DNA of 64,000 nucleotides from an uncultured Bacteroidales bacterium. GTDB lineage: Bacteria; Bacteroidota; Bacteroidia; Bacteroidales; Bacteroidaceae. A program made the position numbers and the translations under genes. Where the stretch lies: positions 14,105 through 78,104 of the forward strand of contig CACYOC010000014.1 of NCBI GenBank assembly GCA_902775975.1. The letters are read 5' to 3'. This document shows, one piece after another, positions 38,555-47,941 of this stretch; positions within the stretch are counted from its first letter, which is position 1; each line of letters opens with the position of its first letter. A model generated the notes under the pieces. That model was given only the letters and a program-made list of their open reading frames with translations. It was not told the origin of the DNA and made no database searches.

Positions 38555-38737
38555 TCACATAAAAGTATATAGTACCATGACCGCTAATCCCATGATGATG
38601 GCAATAACCGTCAGCACAGTCTTAATGAATTTCCCCATCTTCTTGCGACGCTCAATAGCATTCAGGCTCTTCTCCTTGAATCGTGTGGAACCGTCTTTCC
38701 TGTGATGGTGATGATGGTGATGCTCATGCTCAGCCAT
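38555..38737 (-). CDS. Small His-rich single-TM protein
   Basis: MAEHEHHHHHHH, C-terminal hydrophobic helix; follows wza. Confidence 0.65.
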   Translation of the reverse strand: MAEHEHHHHHHHRKDGSTRFKEKSLNAIERRKKMGKFIKTVLTVIAIIMGLAVMVLYTFM

Positions 38738-38776
38738 AATAGTACGTTTTTCGTTCTTATAACTGTTTTGTTGTTA

Positions 38777-39580
38777 TTACTTCTTCAGAATGTTGTAGAG
38801 CAGAGAAGTCAGTGAAATGAGGATGCTGGTGGCAGAGAACCACAGCGTCGTCATAGAACCGATATTCGAGTTTTGAGACTTCACCTTGTTAGGCTCTACA
38901 TAAATAATGTCGTTCTGTTGCAGATAATAGTACGGCGAGTTGATGATATTGGCATCGTTGAGGTTCAGGGTGTGAATCTCCTTCTTACCTATGGCATCCT
39001 CACGAATCAGTTTGACGCGGTCGCGAACACCATAGATAGTCAGATCGCCTGCCTGTGCTAGGGCTTCGAGGATATTGATTTTCTCGTTAGCAACGGTGAA
39101 CATGCCTGGACGATTTACCTCACCGATGACGGAAATCTTATAGTTAATCATGCGTACCGTCACGATGGGCTTCTCGTTATCGCTCATGTAAGACCTGATT
39201 TTTGACAAGACTAACTCTTCGGCTTCGTTCTTGGTAAGACCTGCTACATGGAGTGTACCAACGATGGGGAATTCAATGTTACCGCTGTTGTCAACAATGT
39301 AGCTCTGTAGCGCAGGCTGAGAGGTCGATGAAGCACGCAACGAGAGACTCTGTGCGGTAGCCACGGTCAGGTTGAAAGGTGCTGAGGCCTCTTGGTTAGT
39401 GGTACTTACCGTAATTGTCAAGATGTCCTTCGGCATGATGCGTGCATCATAAAGCACTCGTGACATTTCCAGACTGACAGAGTCGGAATTCTTGAAATAG
39501 GCCACATTCTTTGTACTACCGCAACCTGTTATCATCATACTGATAACGAACAGGGCAAATAATAGCTTTACTTGTTTCAT
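38777..39580 (-). CDS. wza: Polysaccharide export lipoprotein (Wza/OPX)
   Basis: Lipobox ITGC, YIVDNSGNIEFPIVG, GEVNRPG, EALAQAGDLTIYG. Confidence 0.92.
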   Translation of the reverse strand: MKQVKLLFALFVISMMITGCGSTKNVAYFKNSDSVSLEMSRVLYDARIMPKDILTITVSTTNQEASAPFNLTVATAQSLSLRASSTSQPALQSYIVDNSGNIEFPIVGTLHVAGLTKNEAEELVLSKIRSYMSDNEKPIVTVRMINYKISVIGEVNRPGMFTVANEKINILEALAQAGDLTIYGVRDRVKLIREDAIGKKEIHTLNLNDANIINSPYYYLQQNDIIYVEPNKVKSQNSNIGSMTTLWFSATSILISLTSLLYNILKK

Positions 39581-39600
39581 ATCCTTAGTTTTCAATTTGT

Positions 39601-40035
39601 CTAAAAATTCCACCACTTGCGCTTAGGAGGCTTAGGTGTATGTTTTGAATTGCCAATCGCATACTCTTCTTCGATAATGTCTGCCCACTTCTTGCGACGG
39701 GTTATCATTTTGTAGATGGTCCCCCATTCGGGCAATCCGCCTAAGTTGCGGTCATCAATGAAGACGTCAACCTTCAGCTTGCGTGAGAAGTGAGGATTGT
39801 TCTCCGTCGTCTCTTCAGGATAGTCGCGGTTGACGGCATAAAAATCCAGTCCTCTTTCGTGGCACCACTGAACAGCCTCGTCCAATAATGCTCCTTCACG
39901 AACACTCCAAAGAATGATACGATGTCGCTCTTTCTGGAGCTCTTTCAGTGTTTCCACAGCAAAAGGTATCTCTTCCCCAATCTCAGGGTACTTGTGCTTG
40001 ACGATTGTTCCGTCAAAATCAACTGCGATAGTCAA
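39601..40035 (-). CDS. HAD-type phosphatase
   Basis: IAVDFDGTIV motif I, WSVR, FIDDRN; TTG start. Confidence 0.85.
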   Translation of the reverse strand: MTIAVDFDGTIVKHKYPEIGEEIPFAVETLKELQKERHRIILWSVREGALLDEAVQWCHERGLDFYAVNRDYPEETTENNPHFSRKLKVDVFIDDRNLGGLPEWGTIYKMITRRKKWADIIEEEYAIGNSKHTPKPPKRKWWNF

Positions 40036-40063
40036 TTCTGTTTTTTATTTTTTATGGTTCAAC

Positions 40064-42560
40064 TTATCGTTTGATAGAGTCATCGTTCTTATTGCCATAG
40101 TGACTGTTGGCATAATTGCCATAGTTACCATAGTTACCGTAATTGCCGTAATTGCCATAGTTGCCGTAGCCATAACGGCCGTATCCGTATTTGCCGTACC
40201 TTCCATAGCCGTAGCGACCGTATTTGCCGTATTTGCCATAGCCATAGTAATAACCGTACTTCTTCTTCGACATATCCACACCGTTGAGAATCAGGCAGAG
40301 GTTTGGCATCTTGCCGCTCTTAGACAACGAGTTAATCAATTCCATGTTGGTCTTTGGTGTGTAGTCAGCACGCAGCAGGTAGCAGCAGACGTTAGCGTAA
40401 CGGGCTATCTGCATGGTGTCGGCAACAAGTCCTACGGGAGCGGTGTCGAGGATGATGTAATCGTAATGTTGCTTCAACAGGTTCAGTACCTGAGGCAAGT
40501 TCTCGCGGGCCAGCAACTCGGTGGGGTTGGGAGGTGTAGGACCAGCCATCAGCAGGTCCAGATTCTCATTGACACCGGAAGAAACAATCTGGTCGAAGAC
40601 GTCGCTCTCTTTCAGCATGTCCTTGTTCAGCAGGGTAGAGATACCTTTCTGACGGTCTTTGATGCCGAAGAGTTTACCCAAGGCAGGCTTACGGATATCC
40701 AAACCGCAAAGAATCACTTTCTTGCCTAACAGGGAGAATGACATGGCCAAGTTGGCAGCGACAAAGGTCTTGCCTTCACCAGATATAGAAGAGGTAAACA
40801 AGATGACCTGCTCTTTCTCCTTCATCATGAATTGTACATTCGTACGCAATGAACGGAATATCTCGTCAATCTGGTTGTTCTTGTCAGCCTGTACTACAAT
40901 ACCTGCTGACGACTTTACGCTATCGCTGGCTACAGGGATGTCAGCTACAATGGGCAGCATCGTCATGCGAGCTACGTCATCGTGTCCTTCAATACGGAAG
41001 CGCAGCAGTTGCAACAGCCACAGGATGGCGAAGGGTACAGCGAAACCGACTACCAAGGCTGCCAGCAGTATAATGGCATTCTTGGGACTTACCTTGCCGT
41101 TGAACTGCGGCTCGTCAATCATCTTACCCTTGTTGGCGGTGGCAGCCAGTGAGATACTGTTCTCCTCGCGCTTCTGCAAAAGCAGCAAGTAAAGACCCGA
41201 CTTCACTTCTTGCTGACGACCAATTTGGTTCAGTACACGCTCCTGTTCGGGAGTGCTACTGATACGATTCTGGTATTTGTCAAACTGATTCTGGATGTTT
41301 CTCTGCTGAATTTCAGCAGAATGACGTGCCTGTGTCAAAGCCGTACGGATAGATGATTGCAGGTCGTCCAACGTTTCTGTTAACGCCTGTACCTGAGGAG
41401 ACTGCTCACTGGCAGCTTTCATCAGGCGATTACGCTCCTGAACGGTCTGGTTGTAAGTAGCAATCAGCATCGTTGAGGCAGCATCCGTCATACCAACGTT
41501 TGAAGGAATAATCTTGTATTGATTGCCTGGCTTGTCGATGAATTCGCGCAGGTACTTTAAAAGTTGTGTCTGTGCCTTTGATTCAGCAAGTCTTGTCTCA
41601 TACTGGCTGGACATCTGAAGGGTCTGTGTAGCATCCATCTTCAGTTCCACCACAGAGTGGCGTCTCTTATAGTTCTCAAGAGCATCTTCGGTAGAACCTA
41701 ACTCGGCATCAATCTTCTCCAGACGACCGTTGATGAACTCTTCCGTACGTAAAGCAATCTCGTTCTTGTCGGCATTGGCCTGACGGTTGTAACATTCAGC
41801 CAGTTGAGTCAGGTAATCCAAACCACGGCGAGGATTGAGGTCGGTCAGTGTCAATACGGCAATCGAAGACATCTTGGAAGATGGTGCTACGGACAAACGT
41901 GCTGCATAGCTGGAGCCCACCGCCATAGGGGGAGTGATGGTGATGAGGTATTCGTCTTCTTCCTCCATCTTGTTCGTTATATGCAAACTCCTTGCGAATT
42001 TGTCCACTTAACAACGTCTTACCTTTTACATGGTACTTGCCGTTCTTGAAGGTTAACGACAAAGAAATGCTGCGAACACCATTCAGGAGTTCCTTGTCCA
42101 TGAGAAGTAAGTGCTCCGAGTCCAAATCCACGGAGACGGGCTGATTGTTATACATCAGCGACTTCTTCAAGCGACCTGATGACTTGTACTCTGTGTAAAG
42201 CTTTAAGTCTATGACAGCGTCACGAGCCAAAAGGCGTGACTGCAGGATTTCCATCTCATTTTCAATACCTTCTGAGTTGGTCATAATACCAAACTCCTGC
42301 ATATTGCTCAGCATGCTGGCAGAACGGCGTCCTCGGTTGTTGTCGTCCTTAATCAGCATCTTTGCCGACATCTGATAGACGGGTGTTGCATAACGCAGGT
42401 AAATCAATGCTCCACAAAAGCAGATGAACAACGAGAGAAGAAAATACTGCCAGTTGAGTACCAACATGGCGAATATAGCTTGGAAGCTAAAGGTTGAAGG
42501 CTCATTAGATTCAAGTGTCTCTTGCAGATTTTCGATGTCTTGTTTCGTTAATTCGGACAT
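40064..42560 (-). pseudogene. wzc: Polysaccharide co-polymerase tyrosine autokinase (Wzc), frameshifted near 41980
   Basis: N-terminal ORF 41796-42560 has the Wzz-like start; ORF 40064-42007 has Walker A SGEGKT, ILDTAP and Tyr cluster; frames offset by +1. Confidence 0.85.
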
Positions 42561-42709
42561 AGCAATTTCTTTTATCTATAAATACTTATTATTCAGATGA
42601 TACGAATAAAAACCCGATAATTCGGTGCAAAGTTAATAATTATTTTTAAATTCTTTCAAGTTTTACGACAAAAAAGACTCAAAGCTGTGATATTTTTAAC
42701 AAATAGCTT

Positions 42710-43405
42710 TTATTTTTTTGTGTATCCAAGGGTAAGAATGCTGATTTTAATACCTTCTATGTGTTGTATGGCGCTACCCAAGGAAATAAGTGTGGCACCA
42801 GTAGTACATACATCGTCTATAAGCAATACATGGCGGTTTGCTAACATTTCGGGATGAAGCAGGAGGAATGCTTTCTCTACATTTTTGCGGCGTTCCTGTC
42901 GGTTGAGCATGGTTTGGCTTTGTTGAAAGTCCTGCCGGATGACAGCGCAGGTGCAGACGGGGAGGCCTGTTACGTCGCTGATGCCTTGTGCTAACCTTTC
43001 ACTTTGATTGTAGCCTCGTTGCCGTTGTCGTTTAGAGGATAGTGGAACAGGTAGCAGCACATCGATGCTTTCGAAGAATCCGCCCATTTTCATCTCTTGT
43101 GCCATGAGGCGTCCCATGTCTTCCCCGATGTCAGGACGATTATTGTATTTCATTTGGTATATGAGCTGAGCCATTTCGGAATGTGGCTCATAAAACATGA
43201 GGGCGGCAGCCCGTGTGACGGGTAGTTGTCCCCAGAATAATTGATCGACAGGGTTGTCGTCAGAGGAGAATTGGTAGGTGGTACGTGGCAGATGAAACAG
43301 ACATACGGAGCACAGCGACCGCTCAGTTGGGGAAAGTCGTCGTCCACAAACCACGCAACTTCGTGGCGAGATTAAGTCCAATATGCGAGTTACGAAAGAA
43401 ACCAT
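42710..43405 (-). CDS. comF: ComF family amidophosphoribosyltransferase-like protein
   Basis: CVVC..CSVC zinc ribbon, RGYNQS, LLIDDVCTTGAT. Confidence 0.9.
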   Translation of the reverse strand: MVSFVTRILDLISPRSCVVCGRRLSPTERSLCSVCLFHLPRTTYQFSSDDNPVDQLFWGQLPVTRAAALMFYEPHSEMAQLIYQMKYNNRPDIGEDMGRLMAQEMKMGGFFESIDVLLPVPLSSKRQRQRGYNQSERLAQGISDVTGLPVCTCAVIRQDFQQSQTMLNRQERRKNVEKAFLLLHPEMLANRHVLLIDDVCTTGATLISLGSAIQHIEGIKISILTLGYTKK

Positions 43406-43429
43406 CTGGCGGTCATCCTTTTTTCTTCC

Positions 43430-43909
43430 CTATTCACTATCGTCATCTTCTTCATCCACGTCAATGCATTGTCGGATGATGTCGAAGGTAAAACCTCGTC
43501 CTACAGCAAAACGCATCAGTTTTTGATTGAGTTCATAGTCGTTGGCAGCTTTGATACTTTTCCGTTTCTGTTTGAGCAACGGGCGCAGCACCGATAAGTA
43601 TTCCTCGTCATCGATTTCATCGAGGATACGCTGGCGGATGTCTTCTGCAATATGTTTCTGCCAGAGGGCTTGCTCCACCTTTCGGCGTCCCCATTTATTG
43701 TAACGCACTTTGTCCTTGATAAAGGCACGGGTATAGCGCTCGTCATCTACAAATCGTTCTTTTATCAGTCTCTGCATGATACGTGCTTGTGCTGCGTCGT
43801 CTAACTCCCAGCGTCGCATCTTCTCTGTCATTTCCCATTGACAGTGCTCGCCTTGGGCACAGAGGGCTGCCAGTGTCAGGTAGGCATCTTGCTCGGTTTT
43901 CTGTTTCAT
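43430..43909 (-). CDS. recX: Regulatory protein RecX
   Basis: FVDDERY, KWGRRK, RGF motifs. Confidence 0.88.
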   Translation of the reverse strand: MKQKTEQDAYLTLAALCAQGEHCQWEMTEKMRRWELDDAAQARIMQRLIKERFVDDERYTRAFIKDKVRYNKWGRRKVEQALWQKHIAEDIRQRILDEIDDEEYLSVLRPLLKQKRKSIKAANDYELNQKLMRFAVGRGFTFDIIRQCIDVDEEDDDSE

Positions 43910-44769
43910 CGTGTTGCTTTTATCATTCGTGGTTTCCCGTATTGGTCGTACCGGGTTTCAATGTCGTGGTACAACAGCATACTCAGTAAGTCGTGTAATT
44001 TGTTGACACAGAGAGGATTGATTTCAAAAAAGAGACTTCCACCCTTCTTCAATGCTGTTAGTCCAAAATCAGCAATGGCACGATAGAATAATAGCGGGTC
44101 CTCATCAGGTACAAATAGGGCAGAATGGGGCTCATATTTGAGGACATTATCGCTCATTTGCGCATGTTCATTATTAAGAATATAGGGTGGATTGCTGACG
44201 ACGATGGAGTAGTTGGAGGATTCAGAACAGGCAAAAGAATGGTCTTTAAGTCGAAGGATATCTACTTGTTCGAAATAGACAGAGACGCCAAGGTGGTCAG
44301 CGTTCCTTTTGGCAATGGCCAGTGCCTGCTCTGAAATATCCCATGCAGTGACGTTGGAATGGGCGATTTCTGCGGCTAAAGTGATGGCGATGCAACCGCT
44401 CCCAGTCCCTATGTCGAGGATGGAATGGCATTCTTTTCCCTGTTCCTCCTTCTTTGTCTCTTGAACAATCCATTGACACAGTTCTTCTGTCTCTGGGCGA
44501 GGTATCAAGACACCAGGCTCCACATGGAAAGATCTGCCGCAAAAGTCTGCTGCTCCTAATATGTATTGCACAGGCTCCATGCGCATCAAGCGCTGGGAAA
44601 TACTTTCTAATTCCTCCTGGTCGGTAGCAGAAAGTTGCTCGTCTCTGCCAAGTAAGAGGTCGGATAATGACAATCCAAAACGCACCTCATACACCATGCG
44701 GGCGATAGCTTTCGCCTCGCCTTCACCATACAATGGTGATAATTGATGCCATAGTTGAGAGTAGTTCAT
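43906..44769 (-). CDS. prmC: Release factor glutamine methyltransferase
   Basis: EPVQYILG, LIPRPETEEL, LDIGTGSGCI, SNPPY. Confidence 0.95.
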   Translation of the reverse strand: MNYSQLWHQLSPLYGEGEAKAIARMVYEVRFGLSLSDLLLGRDEQLSATDQEELESISQRLMRMEPVQYILGAADFCGRSFHVEPGVLIPRPETEELCQWIVQETKKEEQGKECHSILDIGTGSGCIAITLAAEIAHSNVTAWDISEQALAIAKRNADHLGVSVYFEQVDILRLKDHSFACSESSNYSIVVSNPPYILNNEHAQMSDNVLKYEPHSALFVPDEDPLLFYRAIADFGLTALKKGGSLFFEINPLCVNKLHDLLSMLLYHDIETRYDQYGKPRMIKATR

Positions 44770-44903
44770 TGCGCTTTATCTTCAAGACTTTTGATGCAAA
44801 GTTATAAAAAAAGTTCAATTTATGTACTAATTTATAAAGAAAATTGCATTTTCTTGCTCAGAAAGTTGCAGAATTCATTTTTTTTGATTTCCTTTGCGCT
44901 TTG

Positions 44904-46997
44904 ATGAGACGAATATGTTTTCTGTTCTATCTATTCCTTTCTGCCGTCAGCGTTTGGGCTTATGATTTCGCTGAGGGTGGTATTTATTATGCTGTAACTG
45001 CTTCTGATGAAGTAACTGTCGTTGCTGGTGAACAGCATTATGAGGGATATTTTGAGATACCGGCAGAGATTCGTCACGAAGGGGTGACTTATCGGGTGAC
45101 ATCCATTGGTGAAAATGCATTTTGTGACTGTGTCAATCTGGTAGAAGTCCTGTTGCCTGCTACCTTGGAATCCGTCGGTCGCTCAGCATTCATGGGATGT
45201 TCTATGATGGTTAACATAAACCTGCCAGAAGGTGTGAAGACGGTAGCTGACGCTGCTTTCTATGGTTGCAAAGGTTTGTACGTCATGCGTATTCCCTCTT
45301 CTCTGACGTTTATTGGTGATGAGGCTTTTTCTCGTTGCGATCGTCTGAATGCCTTTGACGTCAGTGATGACAATCCTAATTATTGTGATATTGATGGTGT
45401 GCTGATGAGTAAGAATGCCACGTGTCTGATAGCGTTCCCTAATCGTCTGACGACAGATTATATCGTCCCTTCTGGTGTTACGACGATTGCCAATATGGCT
45501 TTTCTGAACTGTAATCGCCTTCAGTCAGTATCTTTTCCTCAGTCTTTGACGACGATAGGTGATGCTGCCTTTTATGGGTGCTCGGCTTTGCAGTCGGTTC
45601 ATATACCTTCTTCTGTAGAGCGTATCGGTGTCTGGGCATTCTCTGAATGTGTGGAGATGAAGTCCGTGACTCTTGGAGAACATGTTGCTGATATCGGTGA
45701 AGGCGCTTTCAGCTTCTGCTCGCAGTTGCAGTCAATTATGGTCAGCAGTGGGAATAGTCATTATACGATGGAAGGCGGCGTTTTACTGACAAAGGACAAA
45801 ACCACACTTCTTGCCTGTCCTGGTGGAAAGAGTGGCAGTTACCGCATTCCGACAACTGTCGAGACCATAGGTAATCAGGCTTTCTATGGTTGTGACTCTT
45901 TAGAGTCCATCACGTTAACAGAGCATTTGTCGCAGTTAGGCGAGAATCCGTTTGTCTTTTGTGATAGTTTGGAAGAAATACAGGTTAGCAATGACCATCC
46001 TGGCTATACTGCCAAGGGTGGTGTCTTGTTTAACAAGGAGCAGACGTCTATCTTGTACTATCCTAATGCCAAGCGAGGCAGTTATACCATACCCGATGGC
46101 GTTACGTCCCTGCAGTACGGGCCTTTTATGCGTAGTCGTTTGCTGACCAGTCTGACGATACCCAAAGGCGTGAAGACGATAGGTGACTGGACGTTCCTTA
46201 ATTGCGAAGGACTGCATGCTGTCAGTCTGCCTTCGACACTCGACGTATTGGGTGACCAGGTGTTTGACAGTCCACTGCAATATGTTTTCTGTGGCGCAGC
46301 ACCGATGGAGACCAAGGCTTTTGAGACTGACGACTTCAGCCATACCACTCTTTACATCCCACAAGGTCGTGAGGATGCTTACTACCAGACAAGCGGTTGG
46401 GATGTTTTTGGCGACTACCAGACTTTTGGTCTAACTACGCCCACGCAGACATTAAAGGCAGGGCAAAATGGTTCGTTTACTATTTGTAGTGGGGGGGCGG
46501 TACACTTTACAGAACTGGAGATGGATATCGTACTTCCAGAGGTCCTGTCATTCCTCTCCAGTGGAGAAAGCTCTTACCGTATCCATCTGGCGGAAGGGGT
46601 GACAGGAGATGCCCGTTTGGTCAAGACGGCAGACCGCACCTATCACCTGACGATACACTGTGACGACCAGCGTTTACTGAAGGGGCAATACGATCCTTTA
46701 GTGACGATGATGGTTCAGGTGGAAAATGTACCCGAAACCTTTTATAATGTAGGTTTGCTGAACATCAGTTTCAGTTATAGCTACCAGTCGCTGACGGGTA
46801 GTGCCGTACAACCTGTCCAGATGATGGGGGTTGCCGTTGTTGATGGAACAGGCATTCAAACGATAAAGGCATCATCGGCTACTGGTCCTGTGTTTAACCT
46901 GCAAGGTCAGTGCGTACGACAGTCTGGAGAGTCTCTGAAGGGATTGCCTACAGGGGTTTATATAATAAGTGGAAAGAAAGTATTGATAGGAAGATGA
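44904..46997 (+). CDS. BspA-type leucine-rich-repeat surface protein with T9SS CTD
   Basis: Repeated IG..AF.GC..L..V.IP units; cohesin-like C-terminal region; FNLQGQCV...LPTGVYIISGKK CTD. Confidence 0.9.
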   Translation: MRRICFLFYLFLSAVSVWAYDFAEGGIYYAVTASDEVTVVAGEQHYEGYFEIPAEIRHEGVTYRVTSIGENAFCDCVNLVEVLLPATLESVGRSAFMGCSMMVNINLPEGVKTVADAAFYGCKGLYVMRIPSSLTFIGDEAFSRCDRLNAFDVSDDNPNYCDIDGVLMSKNATCLIAFPNRLTTDYIVPSGVTTIANMAFLNCNRLQSVSFPQSLTTIGDAAFYGCSALQSVHIPSSVERIGVWAFSECVEMKSVTLGEHVADIGEGAFSFCSQLQSIMVSSGNSHYTMEGGVLLTKDKTTLLACPGGKSGSYRIPTTVETIGNQAFYGCDSLESITLTEHLSQLGENPFVFCDSLEEIQVSNDHPGYTAKGGVLFNKEQTSILYYPNAKRGSYTIPDGVTSLQYGPFMRSRLLTSLTIPKGVKTIGDWTFLNCEGLHAVSLPSTLDVLGDQVFDSPLQYVFCGAAPMETKAFETDDFSHTTLYIPQGREDAYYQTSGWDVFGDYQTFGLTTPTQTLKAGQNGSFTICSGGAVHFTELEMDIVLPEVLSFLSSGESSYRIHLAEGVTGDARLVKTADRTYHLTIHCDDQRLLKGQYDPLVTMMVQVENVPETFYNVGLLNISFSYSYQSLTGSAVQPVQMMGVAVVDGTGIQTIKASSATGPVFNLQGQCVRQSGESLKGLPTGVYIISGKKVLIGR

Positions 46998-47911
46998 CTT
47001 CTGACGAAAGATATATGCAGCGTTGCCTTCAACTGGCTGCCAATGGGATTCAGTGCGCACGTCCTAATCCTATGGTGGGGGCTGTTATTGTGACCTCTCA
47101 TATTATCGGTGAAGGCTATCATGTGCGCTATGGCGAAGGACATGCCGAAGTCAATGCCTTTGCCAGTGTTCGTCCCGAAGATGAACCTCTGCTGCCTCAA
47201 TCCACTCTATATGTCTCCTTGGAGCCCTGTGCTCATTATGGCAAGACACCGCCTTGTGCAGAGTTGATTATCCGTAAGGGCGTACGTCGAGTGGTGGTCG
47301 GCTGCATCGATCCTTTTGCCCAAGTTCAGGGGAGGGGTATCAAAATGCTGCGTCAGGCAGGAATTGAGGTGACCGTAGGTGTGTTGGAGAAGGAATGCCA
47401 GTGGCTGAACCGCCGTTTCTTTACTTATCATTCTAAACGCCGTCCCTATATCATTCTGAAGTGGGCCCAGACCGCCAACGGCTTTATCGATGATCATGGG
47501 CATGCCTTGGCCATCAGCAACGAACATACCCAGATGCTTAGTCATCAGCTACGTGCTGAGGAAGATGCTATTTTAGTAGGGCATACCACTGATTCCCGCG
47601 AGCATCCGCAATTGACAGTGCGCCATTGGCATGGTCCTCATCCTAAACGCATTGTGATGACTCGCCAGCGTCCTTTGCCTCAGCTCATGGATGATCTTTA
47701 TCTGCAAGGTGTCCAGTCATTGATAGTAGAGGGTGGTCGCCAGACGCTTGAAGCATTCATCGATGCTGGTTTATATGATATGGTGCGGGTAGAGAAGGCT
47801 GCGATGCTCGTTGCTGACGGAACCAAGGCACCACAGATTCCTGCTAATCTTGTCCTGCATCGTCAGGTGGCATGGGGTGGGAATGTCTTATATGAATACA
47901 AGACTATTTAA
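46994..47911 (+). CDS. ribD: Bifunctional riboflavin deaminase/reductase
   Basis: PNPMVGAV, HAEVNA, LEPCAHYGKTPPC, VEGG; ATGA overlap with LRR gene. Confidence 0.93.
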   Translation: MTSDERYMQRCLQLAANGIQCARPNPMVGAVIVTSHIIGEGYHVRYGEGHAEVNAFASVRPEDEPLLPQSTLYVSLEPCAHYGKTPPCAELIIRKGVRRVVVGCIDPFAQVQGRGIKMLRQAGIEVTVGVLEKECQWLNRRFFTYHSKRRPYIILKWAQTANGFIDDHGHALAISNEHTQMLSHQLRAEEDAILVGHTTDSREHPQLTVRHWHGPHPKRIVMTRQRPLPQLMDDLYLQGVQSLIVEGGRQTLEAFIDAGLYDMVRVEKAAMLVADGTKAPQIPANLVLHRQVAWGGNVLYEYKTI

Positions 47912-47941
47912 AAGATATTTACTAATTAATACTACTTGAAT

